The notes under the pieces were generated by a model that was given only the letters and a program-made list of their open reading frames with translations, was not told where the DNA came from and searched no databases. This document shows positions 53,855 to 64,000 of a stretch of 64,000 bases of DNA, piece by piece (positions within the stretch are counted from its first letter, which is position 1; every line of letters starts with the position of its first letter). The stretch is taken from assembly GCF_006345805.1 (NCBI RefSeq), contig NC_043005.1, positions 8,308,001 to 8,372,000 on the forward strand, given 5' to 3'. A program made the position numbers and the translations under genes. The stretch is from Octopus sinensis (taxonomy: Eukaryota).

Positions 53855-54270
53855 AAATTGAAGAAATTGGATTCAAGAAAGAGTACGGTCGAACATTTAT
53901 TTATTATTCCCTACAAATGTTTCGACGCAACGTAGTTCTCCAAACATACAGGTATTTGATTATGCAACTACTTCCCTGCATTATGAGATCTAGTTGTGGT
54001 CCTCGAGTATTAAACTAGTGTTGTTTCTTTTGTTAAAATCATCGATTTAAAACCAGAGAATATGGCCTCGAAGTCAACGATTTTAAACTAACGGAGACAA
54101 CACTGGTATATCACCTGATGAAACACAACTAGGTCTCATTATACAAACAAACAGCTGCATAATCATATACCTGTATTCCTGGAGAACTAAGTTGCGTCGA
54201 AACAATTGCTGTGCATAATGAATAAACGTCCAACCGTACTCATTCTACTCGACTCCAATTTCTACAATTA
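53855..54270. repeat. ~415-bp imperfect fold-back; each arm carries an HHR-like motif with extended stem II
   Basis: Arms 53855-54045 and 54070-54270; CAC CTGATGA..GTTGCGTC GAAA CAATTG CT GTG at 54112-54213. Confidence 0.75.
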
Positions 54271-54560
54271 TGCAGTATATATATATATATATATAAACCG
54301 GCCTTAGCAAACATAATCTGTCCGTTTTGCTAGAAAGAGATAGAAACTGATCAGTCCGGGATGTATCGTTAATGGTAAATGTTTTTGATTTTCACTCTCG
54401 ATGAATTTATCCCTTTTTTTTTGTGTCCCTAGCACTTGGCATCCTTATTTAGGAGTCCTTAATTATATTTCTATATGAATAATATTTTGTCTAATGACTA
54501 ATTCGTCTTTTTGTGCTGGGCCACTGGTAGTAATCTATGTTATTACCCTTTTTTGAATAT

Positions 54561-54610
<50 letters not shown>

Positions 54611-54611
<1 letters not shown>

Positions 54612-54800
54612 GGCGTGGCTGGGTGGTAAGAAACCCGGCGCAGGCATGGTTCCGCGGTGAGAAACTTACGTCTCAGCCACATGGTTCCAGGTTCAGTCCT
54701 ACTGCATAGCACCTTGGGCAAGTATCTTCTACTATAGCCTCAGGTCGCTCAAAGCCATATGAGTTGATTTGGTAGACTTAAACTACAGAAGGCCGTCGTG
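54611..54800 (+). mobile_element. 5' module of SINE family B with a duplicated head
   Basis: Two head-like starts (AGGCGTGGCTGGGTGGTAAG, GGCGCAGGCATGG) followed by the central block. Confidence 0.7.
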
Positions 54801-54818
54801 TATATATATGTATATGTG

Positions 54819-54858
<40 letters not shown>

Positions 54859-54861
<3 letters not shown>

Positions 54862-54960
54862 AGAGTTTACGTTTCGAGCCTACGCTCTTCTACAGAAAGA
54901 GACAGAAAAAACAAGGAGAGAAAGAAGGAGTGAAAAAAGTCTGTGTAGTCGCTAACGATC
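54859..54960 (-). mobile_element. HHR mini-element family D with an internal deletion between TTTACG microhomologies
   Basis: Nearly identical to the 53571 copy apart from an ~80-bp loss; (TA)n on both sides. Confidence 0.85.
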
Positions 54961-55275
54961 TATATATATACATATATATATACACGGCGGGCTTCAGCAG
55001 CTTCCGTCTACCAAATCAACTCATTTGGCTTTGGGTGACCTGGGGCCAACACATGAAAACACGTTCTAGTAAACAACAAAACCCGTAAATATGACCGCGT
55101 AGCTCTCATATGCAGTTACCAATAAATGTCCATAATATGGTGTGGAGTTTTTTAATCTGATGCAGGGAGTCCCGAAGTCTGTTCTGCAAAAGGCCAGGGT
55201 TCCCTGAGACTTATTATCAGGGTTTCCACATTTAAAAAATAATGTCAAAGGATTCTGCGGTAAAAAGAAATTAGA

Positions 55276-55660
55276 GAACCATTGATCTAGCGATTGACTA
55301 GATGTTTTTAAGCTTACCGAAGTCATGCCTCTGTACGAATAATACAGTCGTGTTTGCTGTTGTTTGCCGATAGTGCTGTCTGTAAAACACGTTTCTTCTC
55401 GCCATGTAAACAGACGAGAGTATGATGCATGTGTTTATTGTATTTGAAGGTGAGGAAAATATGAAGGTCGCATGGGAACCATTGATCTAACGATTAATTG
55501 AATGTTTTTAGGCTTACCAAAGTCATGCCTTTCTACGAATTCAGACAATGGTGTTTGCCACTGTTCGCCAACGATGCTGTCTGGGAAACACCTTCCTTAA
55601 CGTGTAAACAACGAGTGCATGACGCATGAGTTTATTGTACTTGAAGATGTATGCAGACTT
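55276..55660. repeat. Diverged tandem duplication, period 200 bp, starting at a hAT-MITE-like end
   Basis: GAACCATTGATCTA.CGATT..TGTTTTTA.GCTTACC.AAGTCATGCCT at 55276 and 55476. Confidence 0.75.
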
Positions 55661-56538
55661 GCAACATGTCCTGTGCATACATTTTAGTAATGGCGATGTA
55701 GCACACATCAACAGATTTGTAGTGCTCGCCATTAAATGGAGTTTTACAATAAGCTCCGAGCATTCCATTATATGCACCAAGCATTCCACCTATAGAACAG
55801 GCTACAGTAAGGTAGACACACAATTTTGTAACAGTGTTATTTCTACGTACAGGATAATAAGGTACCTTGACCCACAAATGTTGTCCTGTAGTTTGTGAAG
55901 TATTAGGGTCGACATTTATACGGGGTCTATGGAAAATTCCCAATCCCTTGGCCAAAAATGGTGGGGGGGTCGCCATTTACATGAGATCCGCTATGACATG
56001 AGTATATACGGTAAGTTCTTCATTAAAGTTATATATTGGCTTAATTTTCTTCTTTTCCTACCAACAGTAAAGCGATTTTATAACAATCCTTACCAACATA
56101 AAACAATCTTTATAACAAAATATTTTCTTATTTCACTTTTTTCTGAAATGTGATGCACGTTGTTATTATAGCAGACACAAAATTCGTTGTTGCATAGAAA
56201 GGAAAGTCACACATTAAAATTTTAAACGTTCGCTCTGCAATTTCTCACAGCGAACCCGGAATTCGCTTCTTCTGCATTATTCGCTCCTTATTTTTATATC
56301 ACACAAATCGTTTAAGTTTCTATCCATACCTCCATTCCTCAATGCCTCCAAACACACAAACATATACACACTTTAACAACCATATTCATTACAAATGTGA
56401 ATTTGTGTCGATACATATGTATGACAAACACACACACGCGTACATGCACAGGCACACACACACACACACACTCAGAGACACACATACACACAAATACACA
56501 CCACACACACACACATACACACACATGTATATATAAGC

Positions 56539-56710
56539 TTTTATTCTTTTACTGATCTCAGTCATTGGATTACAGCCAGGCTGGAGCACCGTATAGACGG
56601 TTTCTACTAGAAAAACCGACCCCAAGACTTACTTGTTTTTAAGTCTAGTACTTATTCTATCGGTCCTTTTGCAGAAACGCCTGGTTACGGGGACGCAAAC
56701 ACAGACACAA
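56539..56710 (-). mobile_element. 3' module of SINE family B
   Basis: Homology to 51452-51650. Confidence 0.75.
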
Positions 56711-56798
56711 GGTGACGAACACAGACACAAGGGCACACACACACAGATATACACATGCAGATATAATTACATATATATATATATATATTATATATATA

Positions 56799-56880
<82 letters not shown>

Positions 56881-56882
56881 AT

Positions 56883-56915
<33 letters not shown>

Positions 56916-56916
56916 G

Positions 56917-58264
56917 CAGTTTTGTGCCAAAATGTTCAGAACGGCATTGTTTTCGTCAGAAAAGTAGATATAATTTTTTATCAAAGTTGTTTTATATTCT
57001 ATAATTTTCACAGACAATAAATGCAATATAATTTGTTATTGCCTGAGATTTTATTGTAATTTGAGAGGATAATACAAAAGTTATGGATGATTTAGTGCAA
57101 AACACATGTGGCCAAAATGATCAGAACGGTTGCTTTTACTCCGTGTTTTAGTCATATTAACCGCGAACTCTAATGTTTTGAATTTGTTTACGTGACGGTT
57201 CGTTTACTAAACATTAGTAAGAATATTTGCAGTGTAGTTTGTTATATAATGCCACTTACTCCGTTACAATGCGTCAGCAGATTATTAAGCTTCGAAAGAA
57301 GGATAATTTAAGTATTGGATCTATGCAAAGATTGTTAATAAGTCAAAGAGTGTTGTTCACGGTAATCTTAAGGTCTACGATGATTGTGGTTCGCGTGAAG
57401 CAAGAAAGTCTACAGGTAGGTCAAGAAAAACGACCAAGAGAGAAGATCGTGCTATGGTAAAGTTGGTTAAAAAGGACAGATTTAAAACTGCTGCTGCTGT
57501 TTCTCGGAAAATGAGCATTATTGAAGAAAACTCTATCTCGAAAAACTGTGTCACGTCGTTTAGTTGAACATGATCTACAAGCAAGAGCACCTGCAGGGAG
57601 GCCACTAATCAGCTCCAATCAAACATGTGTTATGGTCTCAACAAAAATGGCAAACGGTGCATTTCAGTGATGAATCTAAGTTTATGCTATTTGGCTCAAA
57701 TGGGAAAAGGTACGTTCGTAGAAAAGTAGGTGAAAAATTGTTGCCTAAATGCCTTAAGACTAGTGTTAAATTCGGGTTGGAGAAGTGTCATGTTTGGGGG
57801 ATGATATCTGGAGATGGTGTGGGTCCTTTGGGCGATACATGGAAAGTTAAATGCAGGAGTTTATAAACAACTTGTAAAATATCATGTCTTGCCTGTGCTG
57901 AGAAATTCAACTAAGCGACCACCCATATTCATGCAGGACAATGCCCCATGTCACAAGGCTAAGGTGGTCATGAACTTCCTCAAGGCTGAAAAGGTTATTG
58001 TTATGGATTGGCCAGCTCAAAGCCCAGATCTCAATCCTATTGAAAATGTGTGGAATATTCTAGGAGAATGTTCGAAAGCCAGAAATCCTAAAACAAACTG
58101 AGCAATAATGGAAAGCCATTCAGGAAGAATGGAATAAGATCACCCATCAAGAAATTGAAAATTTAATTTCCTCGTGCAGTCGAAGATGTCAGAGTGTGAT
58201 TGAAGCTAAAGGGCTTCACACTAAATATTAAATAATTCCAGTATTCTCTGTCATTTTTAATTAT
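56917..58264 (+). mobile_element. Tc1-like IR/DR transposon (same family as 20703), right TIR missing; transposase pseudogene at 57249-58231
   Basis: Close match to 20703-22080; SDESKF, QDNAPCH-34-NPIENVW; frameshifts. Confidence 0.92.
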
Positions 58265-58449
58265 TTGACGGCGGCCATGCTGGAGCGCCGTCTTAGGTCG
58301 AACAGATCGACCCTAGGACTTATTCTTTGTAAGTTTAGTACTTATTCTATTGGTCATTTTTTCGAAAACGCTAAGTTACGCTGATGTAAACATACCAACA
58401 TCGGTTGTCAAATGATGATGGGGTTACAAGCACAAGCACACACACACAT

Positions 58450-58482
<33 letters not shown>

Positions 58483-58522
58483 ACACATGCACACACACAC
58501 ATGCACACACACACAAAAACAT

Positions 58523-58559
<37 letters not shown>

Positions 58560-58727
58560 CATATATACGACGGGCTTCTTTCAGTTTCCGTCTACCAGAT
58601 CCACTCACAGGGCTTTGGTCGGCCCAAGGTTATAGTAGAAGTCACTTGCCTAAGGTGCTACTGAGTGGGACAGAACCCGGAACCATTTGGTTTGTAAGCT
58701 ACTTACCACACAGTTACCCCGGCGTCT
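58265..58727 (-). mobile_element. SINE family B with its tail tip lost at the Tc1 junction
   Basis: Head AGACGCCGGGGTAACTGTGTGGTAAG at 58727, internal CA/TA repeat, 3' module. Confidence 0.88.
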
Positions 58728-58735
58728 CGTGAGAC

Positions 58736-58848
58736 GCTTACAGCACCTAGGTCTCCCTAGCGGTCACCTATATCTCACTAGGCTCGACGTTACTTAACTT
58801 TGATGATCGGACGAGAACCGGTGCTTTCAACGTGATATGGTCGTAATT
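58736..58848 (-). pseudogene. 5S rRNA pseudogene (or 5S-derived SINE head)
   Basis: Minus strand ACGACCATATCACGTTGAAAGCACCGGTTCTCGTCCGATC..AAGTTAAG.AACGTCGAGCC..GGTGACCGC..GGTGCTGTAAGC matches invertebrate 5S; ~5-nt loss in the intermediate element/C-box region; no oligo-T terminator. Confidence 0.88.
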
Positions 58849-58869
58849 TGTATACATATTTATGTATGT

Positions 58870-59140
58870 GCATGGTGGAGCTTAGTGGTTAGTGTTTACA
58901 ATATTCTTCCCGCGATCGTAATGCCGTGGGTTCCACTCTCAGCGGAGCGGTGTGTTCTTGAGCAAGATATTTCATTTCACGTTCTTGCAATCCACTCAGC
59001 TGGCAAAGATAAGCAGTAACTGTAATTGAAAGATATAGCCTTGTCACAGGACACTGAATTTCTGGGAGAACTACGCGTCTCTATGGAGTACTCAGCCATT
59101 TATACGAAATTTCATGTGTAGGCTGTTTCCTTAATCGAAT
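58870..59140 (+). mobile_element. Older tRNA-derived SINE family G
   Basis: A-box-like TTAGTGGTTAG, B-box-like GGGTTCCACTC, then TGTGTTCTTGAGCAAGATATTTC..TCCACTCAGCTGGCAAA. Confidence 0.6.
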
Positions 59141-59278
59141 TAACAAGAATCATTTTCGTGTGTATGTATGTATGTATGTATGTATGTATGTATGTATGTA
59201 TGTATGGATGTATGTATGTATGTATGTATGTATGTATGTATGTATGTATTATATATATATATATATATATATAATATA

Positions 59279-59308
<30 letters not shown>

Positions 59309-59309
<1 letters not shown>

Positions 59310-59438
59310 CTTTATTTTAAGCAGCAGAAAATTCAACAAAATCTGTTAATCTGAGTTTCTCGTTGCCGTTCATCAGACAGTTTTTGCTAGCAAAAACTGT
59401 CTGATGAACGGCAACGAGAAAATCAGAGAGTAACCTCC
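59309..59438. mobile_element. PLE terminal region: spacer-less palindrome carrying an HHR on each strand
   Basis: Perfect 66-bp palindrome at 59356-59421; a terminal fragment of the same family lies at ~53483-53520 in (TA)n. Confidence 0.8.
59343..59380 (-). ncRNA. Minimal type I hammerhead ribozyme motif
   Basis: CTGT CTGATGA ACG GCAA CGA GAAA CTCAGAT TA ACAG. Confidence 0.7.
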
Positions 59439-61650
59439 AGTAAAGGGAGTTTTATCATTTATGTTTTTGTGAGTTTTAGTTTATCATGGTAGTTTTATTA
59501 AAGAATCCATTCTTAATAATTTTTTTAAGTAGTGTTGGTTTGCCACGTGGATATAGTTTTTAGTTCCATTTATTCTATTTCTCCATTCATAATTTTAAAT
59601 GACGTTTGCTTTCCATGGCGCGTATTCTTTTTATACATAAGTTATGTTTCTATGGTAACGTAATTTTGGTTTGATTTTTTTAACGGCTTAGAATTTAATT
59701 TCACTTCATAATTTGAAACTGACTTGTAAGTATGTATTTTATTTCTCCTTATGTCATATTGTTATTTTTGATATTCTGGTTAATTACGATGTATTTAATG
59801 TTGTTTTTATTGGAGTGTTTATGTATGTGAGATTGTGTGTGAGTGTGTGCGTTTTTTAGTTGTATAATTTATTTATCTGTATGAGTGTGGGTGTGTAAAT
59901 ATTGTTGTATATATCGAGTTCAGTGAGTATGTATATGCGTATATGTGAGGGAGTATATGTATCTGTTGTGTGTGTGTGTTTTGCGTGTGTGTGTGTTGGT
60001 GTGTGAATGTGTATATGGGTTTGTTATATAGGTTTGGGGATGTATGTGTTGATTTGTCTGTGTGGGGAGGGAGTGGGTTTTTGGTGTATATTGAGGTTTA
60101 TAAGTTAGTATAGGTATGTGTGAGTGAGGTGGGTATTTGTATAAGTCGTGGGTCTGTGGTTACGTGTGTGTATTTGTGTGTGAATGTTTAGTTTAGGGGG
60201 ATTGCTATATAGGTTTGTTATAGAGTTTAGCAAGGGAGATTTTATCGTTATATGTTTTTATGAGTTTTGTTTATCATGGTTTTTTTTTAGGGAATTCGTG
60301 GTAATTTGTCTATTTACGATGTTTGTTGTTTTATTACATTGTTCATTCATAATTTTTGAGTGGTGTTCGTTTTGCCACGTGAATACTATTTTTAATTCCA
60401 TTTATTCCATTTCTCCATTCATAATTTTAAAAGATGTTCGTTCTAGAGCGGGAATACTTTTTATACATATGTTAAGTTCCTTGGTAACGTAATTTTGTTT
60501 GGTGTATATGTTGAGGCTTATATGTACTTGTGGGTGTGTGTGAGTGGGGTGGGTGTTTGTATTTGTTATGGGTGTGTGGTTTACGTGTGTGTATTTGTGT
60601 GGATGTATAGGTTAAAGTGATTGCTATATAAGTATGTTATAGGTTTAGTAAAGGGAGGTTTTATCATTTATGTTTTTGTGAGCTTTAGTTTATCATGGTA
60701 GTTTTATAAAAGAATCCATTCATAATTTTTTTTAATAATGTTGGTTTACCGCGTGTATATAATTTTTAATTCCATTTATTCTATTTCTCCATTCATAATT
60801 TTAAGTGAGGTTTGCTTCCATAGCGCGTATTCTTTTTTACATAAGTTATGTTCCTATGGTAAACGTATTTGGTTTGATGTTTTTAACGGATTAGAATTTA
60901 ATTTCACTTCATAATTTGAAACTGACTTGAAAGTATGTATATTATTTCTCCTTATGTCATATTATTTTTTATTTTTGATATTCTGGTTACTTACGATGTA
61001 TTTTATATATCGTATTGTGTTAATAATGTTGTTTTCTTTGGAGTGTTATGTATGTGGATTGTGTGTGAGTGTGTGCGTATTTTGGTTGTGTAGTTTGTTT
61101 ATCTGTATGAATGTGGGTGTGTTAATATTGTTGTATATATCGAGTTTGGTGAGTATGTATATGTATATGGTGTGTGTTTTACGTATGTATATTTGTGTGT
61201 GAATGTGTTTATGGGTTTGCTATTTAGGTTGGGGATGTATGTGTTATTTGTCTGTGTGGGGTTGAGTGGGTTTTTGGAGTATATGTTGAGGTTTATATGT
61301 ATGTATAGGTATGTGTAAGTGGGGTGGGTATTTGTATATGTCGTGGGTGTGTGGTTTACGTGTGTGTATTTGTGTGTGAATGTTTAGGTTAGGGGGATTG
61401 CTATTAGGTATGTTATAGAGTTTAGTAAAGGGAGATTTTATCATTATATGTTTTTATGAGTTTTGGTTTATCATGGTAGTTTTGTTAAGGAATTCGTAGT
61501 AATTTGTGTCTATTTGCGATGTCTGTTGTTTTATTGCATTATTTCATTCATAATTTTTAAGTAGTGTTCGTTTACCAAGTGAATATAATTTTTAATTCCA
61601 TTTATTCCATTTCTCCGTTCATATTTTAAGTGATGTCCGTTTCTAGATCG
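59439..61650 (-). repeat. Higher-order tandem array A-B-A'-B' of a G/T-skewed, probably PLE-derived unit
   Basis: Unit starts AG(T/C)AAAGGGAG at 59439, 60229, 60647, 61424; the minus strand has a frameshifted GIY-YIG-like trace (Y.IGE....FKS..SN). Confidence 0.75.
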
Positions 61651-62063
61651 CGGAATGTGGGTTGTATGTGTGTGTGAGGGAGTATGAATAGTATTGTGTT
61701 GAAGTATTTAGCTATTTTATTTATTTATCGTTGCCTAGACGTTTTTATGTGTATGTATAGGGATATATATATAGGTGTGTGATTTAGTGTATGTTTTAGA
61801 TATGGTATATATAATTAGTTATATGTGTATGGGTGTATATATAGTTTATTTTTTGTTTTGTTTTATATTTTATATTTTATATTTCATATTTTATATTTAA
61901 TTGTTGATAGGTTTATTTTAGTTTATTTATTGTTTATATATTGATTATATATGGATTATATATAGGTTATAAATAATTATATATTTATATTTTTTCATTA
62001 ATACTTTAATTATTTAAATTATTATTTTTATATTTTAAAATATTGATATTTTAGATTGGAAAT

Positions 62064-62106
62064 CCACCTGAAGATTGTCGATCAAGACAAGAAACAATTG
62101 TAGTGG
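62064..62106 (+). ncRNA. Minimal type I hammerhead ribozyme with palindromic stem III
   Basis: CCAC CTGAAGA TTGTC GATCAA GACAA GAAA CAATTG TA GTGG: all helices fully paired, core complete. Confidence 0.88.
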
Positions 62107-62274
62107 CGGTTTTTGACTTTTTATTAAAATTATGTATTGATTAAGTCTTTCCTTGTTTGTTTTGCAAAATAGTGGTTTTGTCTCTAATAATATTATATAA
62201 TATTTTACTATAAAATTGGATTTAATCCTAAATCTGATTTTTTCCCAGAAATTTGGATTTATTCCCTAATATTT

Positions 62275-62335
<61 letters not shown>

Positions 62336-62336
<1 letters not shown>

Positions 62337-62449
62337 GGCCTGCTCGCTTAGCTAGCGGGGTGGCGTCATTTGAAGGCTAAAACAATGCGAAGTGCATTGT
62401 CATCAGCGATGTGTAGCAACATCTGATAGCCTGGTCGATCACGGTGATA
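62336..62449 (+). mobile_element. 5'-truncated SINE family A
   Basis: Matches the 3' third of 9243-9539. Confidence 0.85.
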
Positions 62450-62469
62450 TATACATATATATATATATA

Positions 62470-62690
62470 GTTAATCCAAGCATGAGCAAATAGAAAACAT
62501 AACAACGCGAGGACGTGGAACAAGTATAGTGTTATTGGACGCTCAGGAATAGAAAGAAAGCAGGAGCATTTAACGTTTCGAGCGGTGCTCTTCGTAAGAA
62601 ACACAGAAGAAGGAAAGGTCCAAGGAAGGGAAGATGGAGAAAGAAAGTCGCCAATGATACACACGCGGTCACATATTGAATGATCGGAAG
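62470..62690 (-). mobile_element. Divergent family-D-like HHR mini-element
   Basis: Minus strand GTTT CTTACGA A GAGC ACC GCTC GAAA CG TT AAAT (62568-62602); shares GGACGCTCAGGAATA with family D; begins after (TA)n. Confidence 0.7.
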
Positions 62691-62854
62691 GGAATGGGAG
62701 AAGAAAAAGTTTTGTCAAAGACAGGAGAGTGCAAGAGAAGGAAGTATGTGTGTGTATGTGTGGGTATGTGCATGCATGCAAGTCTGTGTGTGTGTGTGTG
62801 TGGCTGTTTATCTATATACATATATATATATATATCTATATATATAGTATATAT

Positions 62855-62897
<43 letters not shown>

Positions 62898-63299
62898 CTA
62901 GCAGTATCGCCCAGCGTTGCTCGGGTTTGTAAGGGAAATAACTATATAAACATTTTTAGAGAGTTATAGCCAAAAAATAGCAAAACAATATGCATTAAAA
63001 ATGGAAAAAAATGATGGTAATTTTTTTTTAAAAATCGTCGACTCATCGTAGACATTTTTAGAGAGTTACTTCCCTTATATAATAGCGAAAAAAATGCATT
63101 AAGATGGAAAAAACTGATGGTAAATTATTTTTAAAGTCGTAGACTCATCGTAGACGCGCGCTAATACCCAGAACGCCTCGACATGAATCACGACTATAAG
63201 ATACCCGCTTTTTGGTTACACTGCATCGCAAAATGTGGGAGTAGTTAGGAATCTAAATCGTAGGAGACAGACACACAACTTCTCTTTTATATATAAAGA
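62898..63299 (-). mobile_element. Non-autonomous Helitron, family 1, with an internal ~100-bp tandem duplication
   Basis: A|TC..CTAG|T ends and subterminal hairpin; ATTTTTAGAGAGTTA..CATCGTAGAC occurs twice. Confidence 0.87.
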
Positions 63300-63315
63300 T
63301 ATACATGGGTGTATG

Positions 63316-63346
<31 letters not shown>

Positions 63347-63866
63347 CTATGTTTGTCTGAATATATGCATTTACGTACATTAGTGTGGACAGTGACAAAT
63401 TTACGATTTTCCGTCTTGCAGTATTATGTTATTCTTTCGCTTCGCTTTTTCTTCTTCCTGTTTCTTCACTAACGTGACTAGCCATAGCACGTGACTTTTC
63501 TTTCAAAATCGCTATCCAACTCAGCATTTACATTCTGTCATTTAAAACTTTCTTTACTTCGAGTTCAATCGTTAAAAGCAAATTATATCTCGGCCTCGCC
63601 GATTTTCAATTTGTTACGACATAAACAACTGTCGCCATGAACAAATTCTCTAACATACATTTGGAGATGTTCTGCACATTGGTAGACTGTCTGTCATATT
63701 TATAGAAGTTGTGCGTTCGAGTCCCATGAGTAACCTTCGACAGTTGTTTTTATTATTCAAGGAACTTTTTACCACTTTCATTTATTAACTTCATCTATTT
63801 CGTATTCAACTATTAAAACCAAATTATTACTCGTTCTCTCGAAGTCTTTACATCTTATAGCGTAAG

Positions 63867-63916
<50 letters not shown>

Positions 63917-64000
63917 CACATATATGTATATATATATGTATGTATATATAGTATATTCATTTATTTATTACAGGGAAAAAAGAAACAAATAGTGATAAAA

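Noticed and set aside
63660-63740. B-box-like GTTCGAGTCC with an upstream TGGTAGA
   Set aside because: Too degenerate to call a tRNA or SINE head, and there is no second copy in the window

Overview
AT-rich, microsatellite-saturated eukaryotic DNA, very probably from a coleoid cephalopod (Octopus-like). This is inferred from the mollusc-type 5S sequence, the SINE types and the repeat density; no database search was run. No intact protein-coding gene is visible, and most ORF-track entries are translated (TA)n/(CA)n/(CAT)n repeats. The window is a nest of transposable elements: three IR/DR-type Tc1 (DD34E) copies, a mariner pseudogene, an internally deleted DUF4817/rosa-like element, four non-autonomous Helitrons, 3' ends of CR1-like and RTE LINEs, several tRNA-derived SINE families (labelled A, B, C and G here), and at least three Penelope-like element (PLE) relics. 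The main hidden signal is a dense set of minimal type I hammerhead ribozyme (HHR) motifs in at least five sequence families. Six copies belong to a ~150-200 bp non-coding unit (family D) that starts directly at (TA)n tracts; others form inverted (palindromic) HHR pairs. Other highlights: a 5S rRNA pseudogene fused to a tRNA-SINE, a SINE that forms head-(body-tail)n arrays at a GGTAT motif, an ~850 bp inverted SINE pair, and a higher-order tandem array built from a PLE end.
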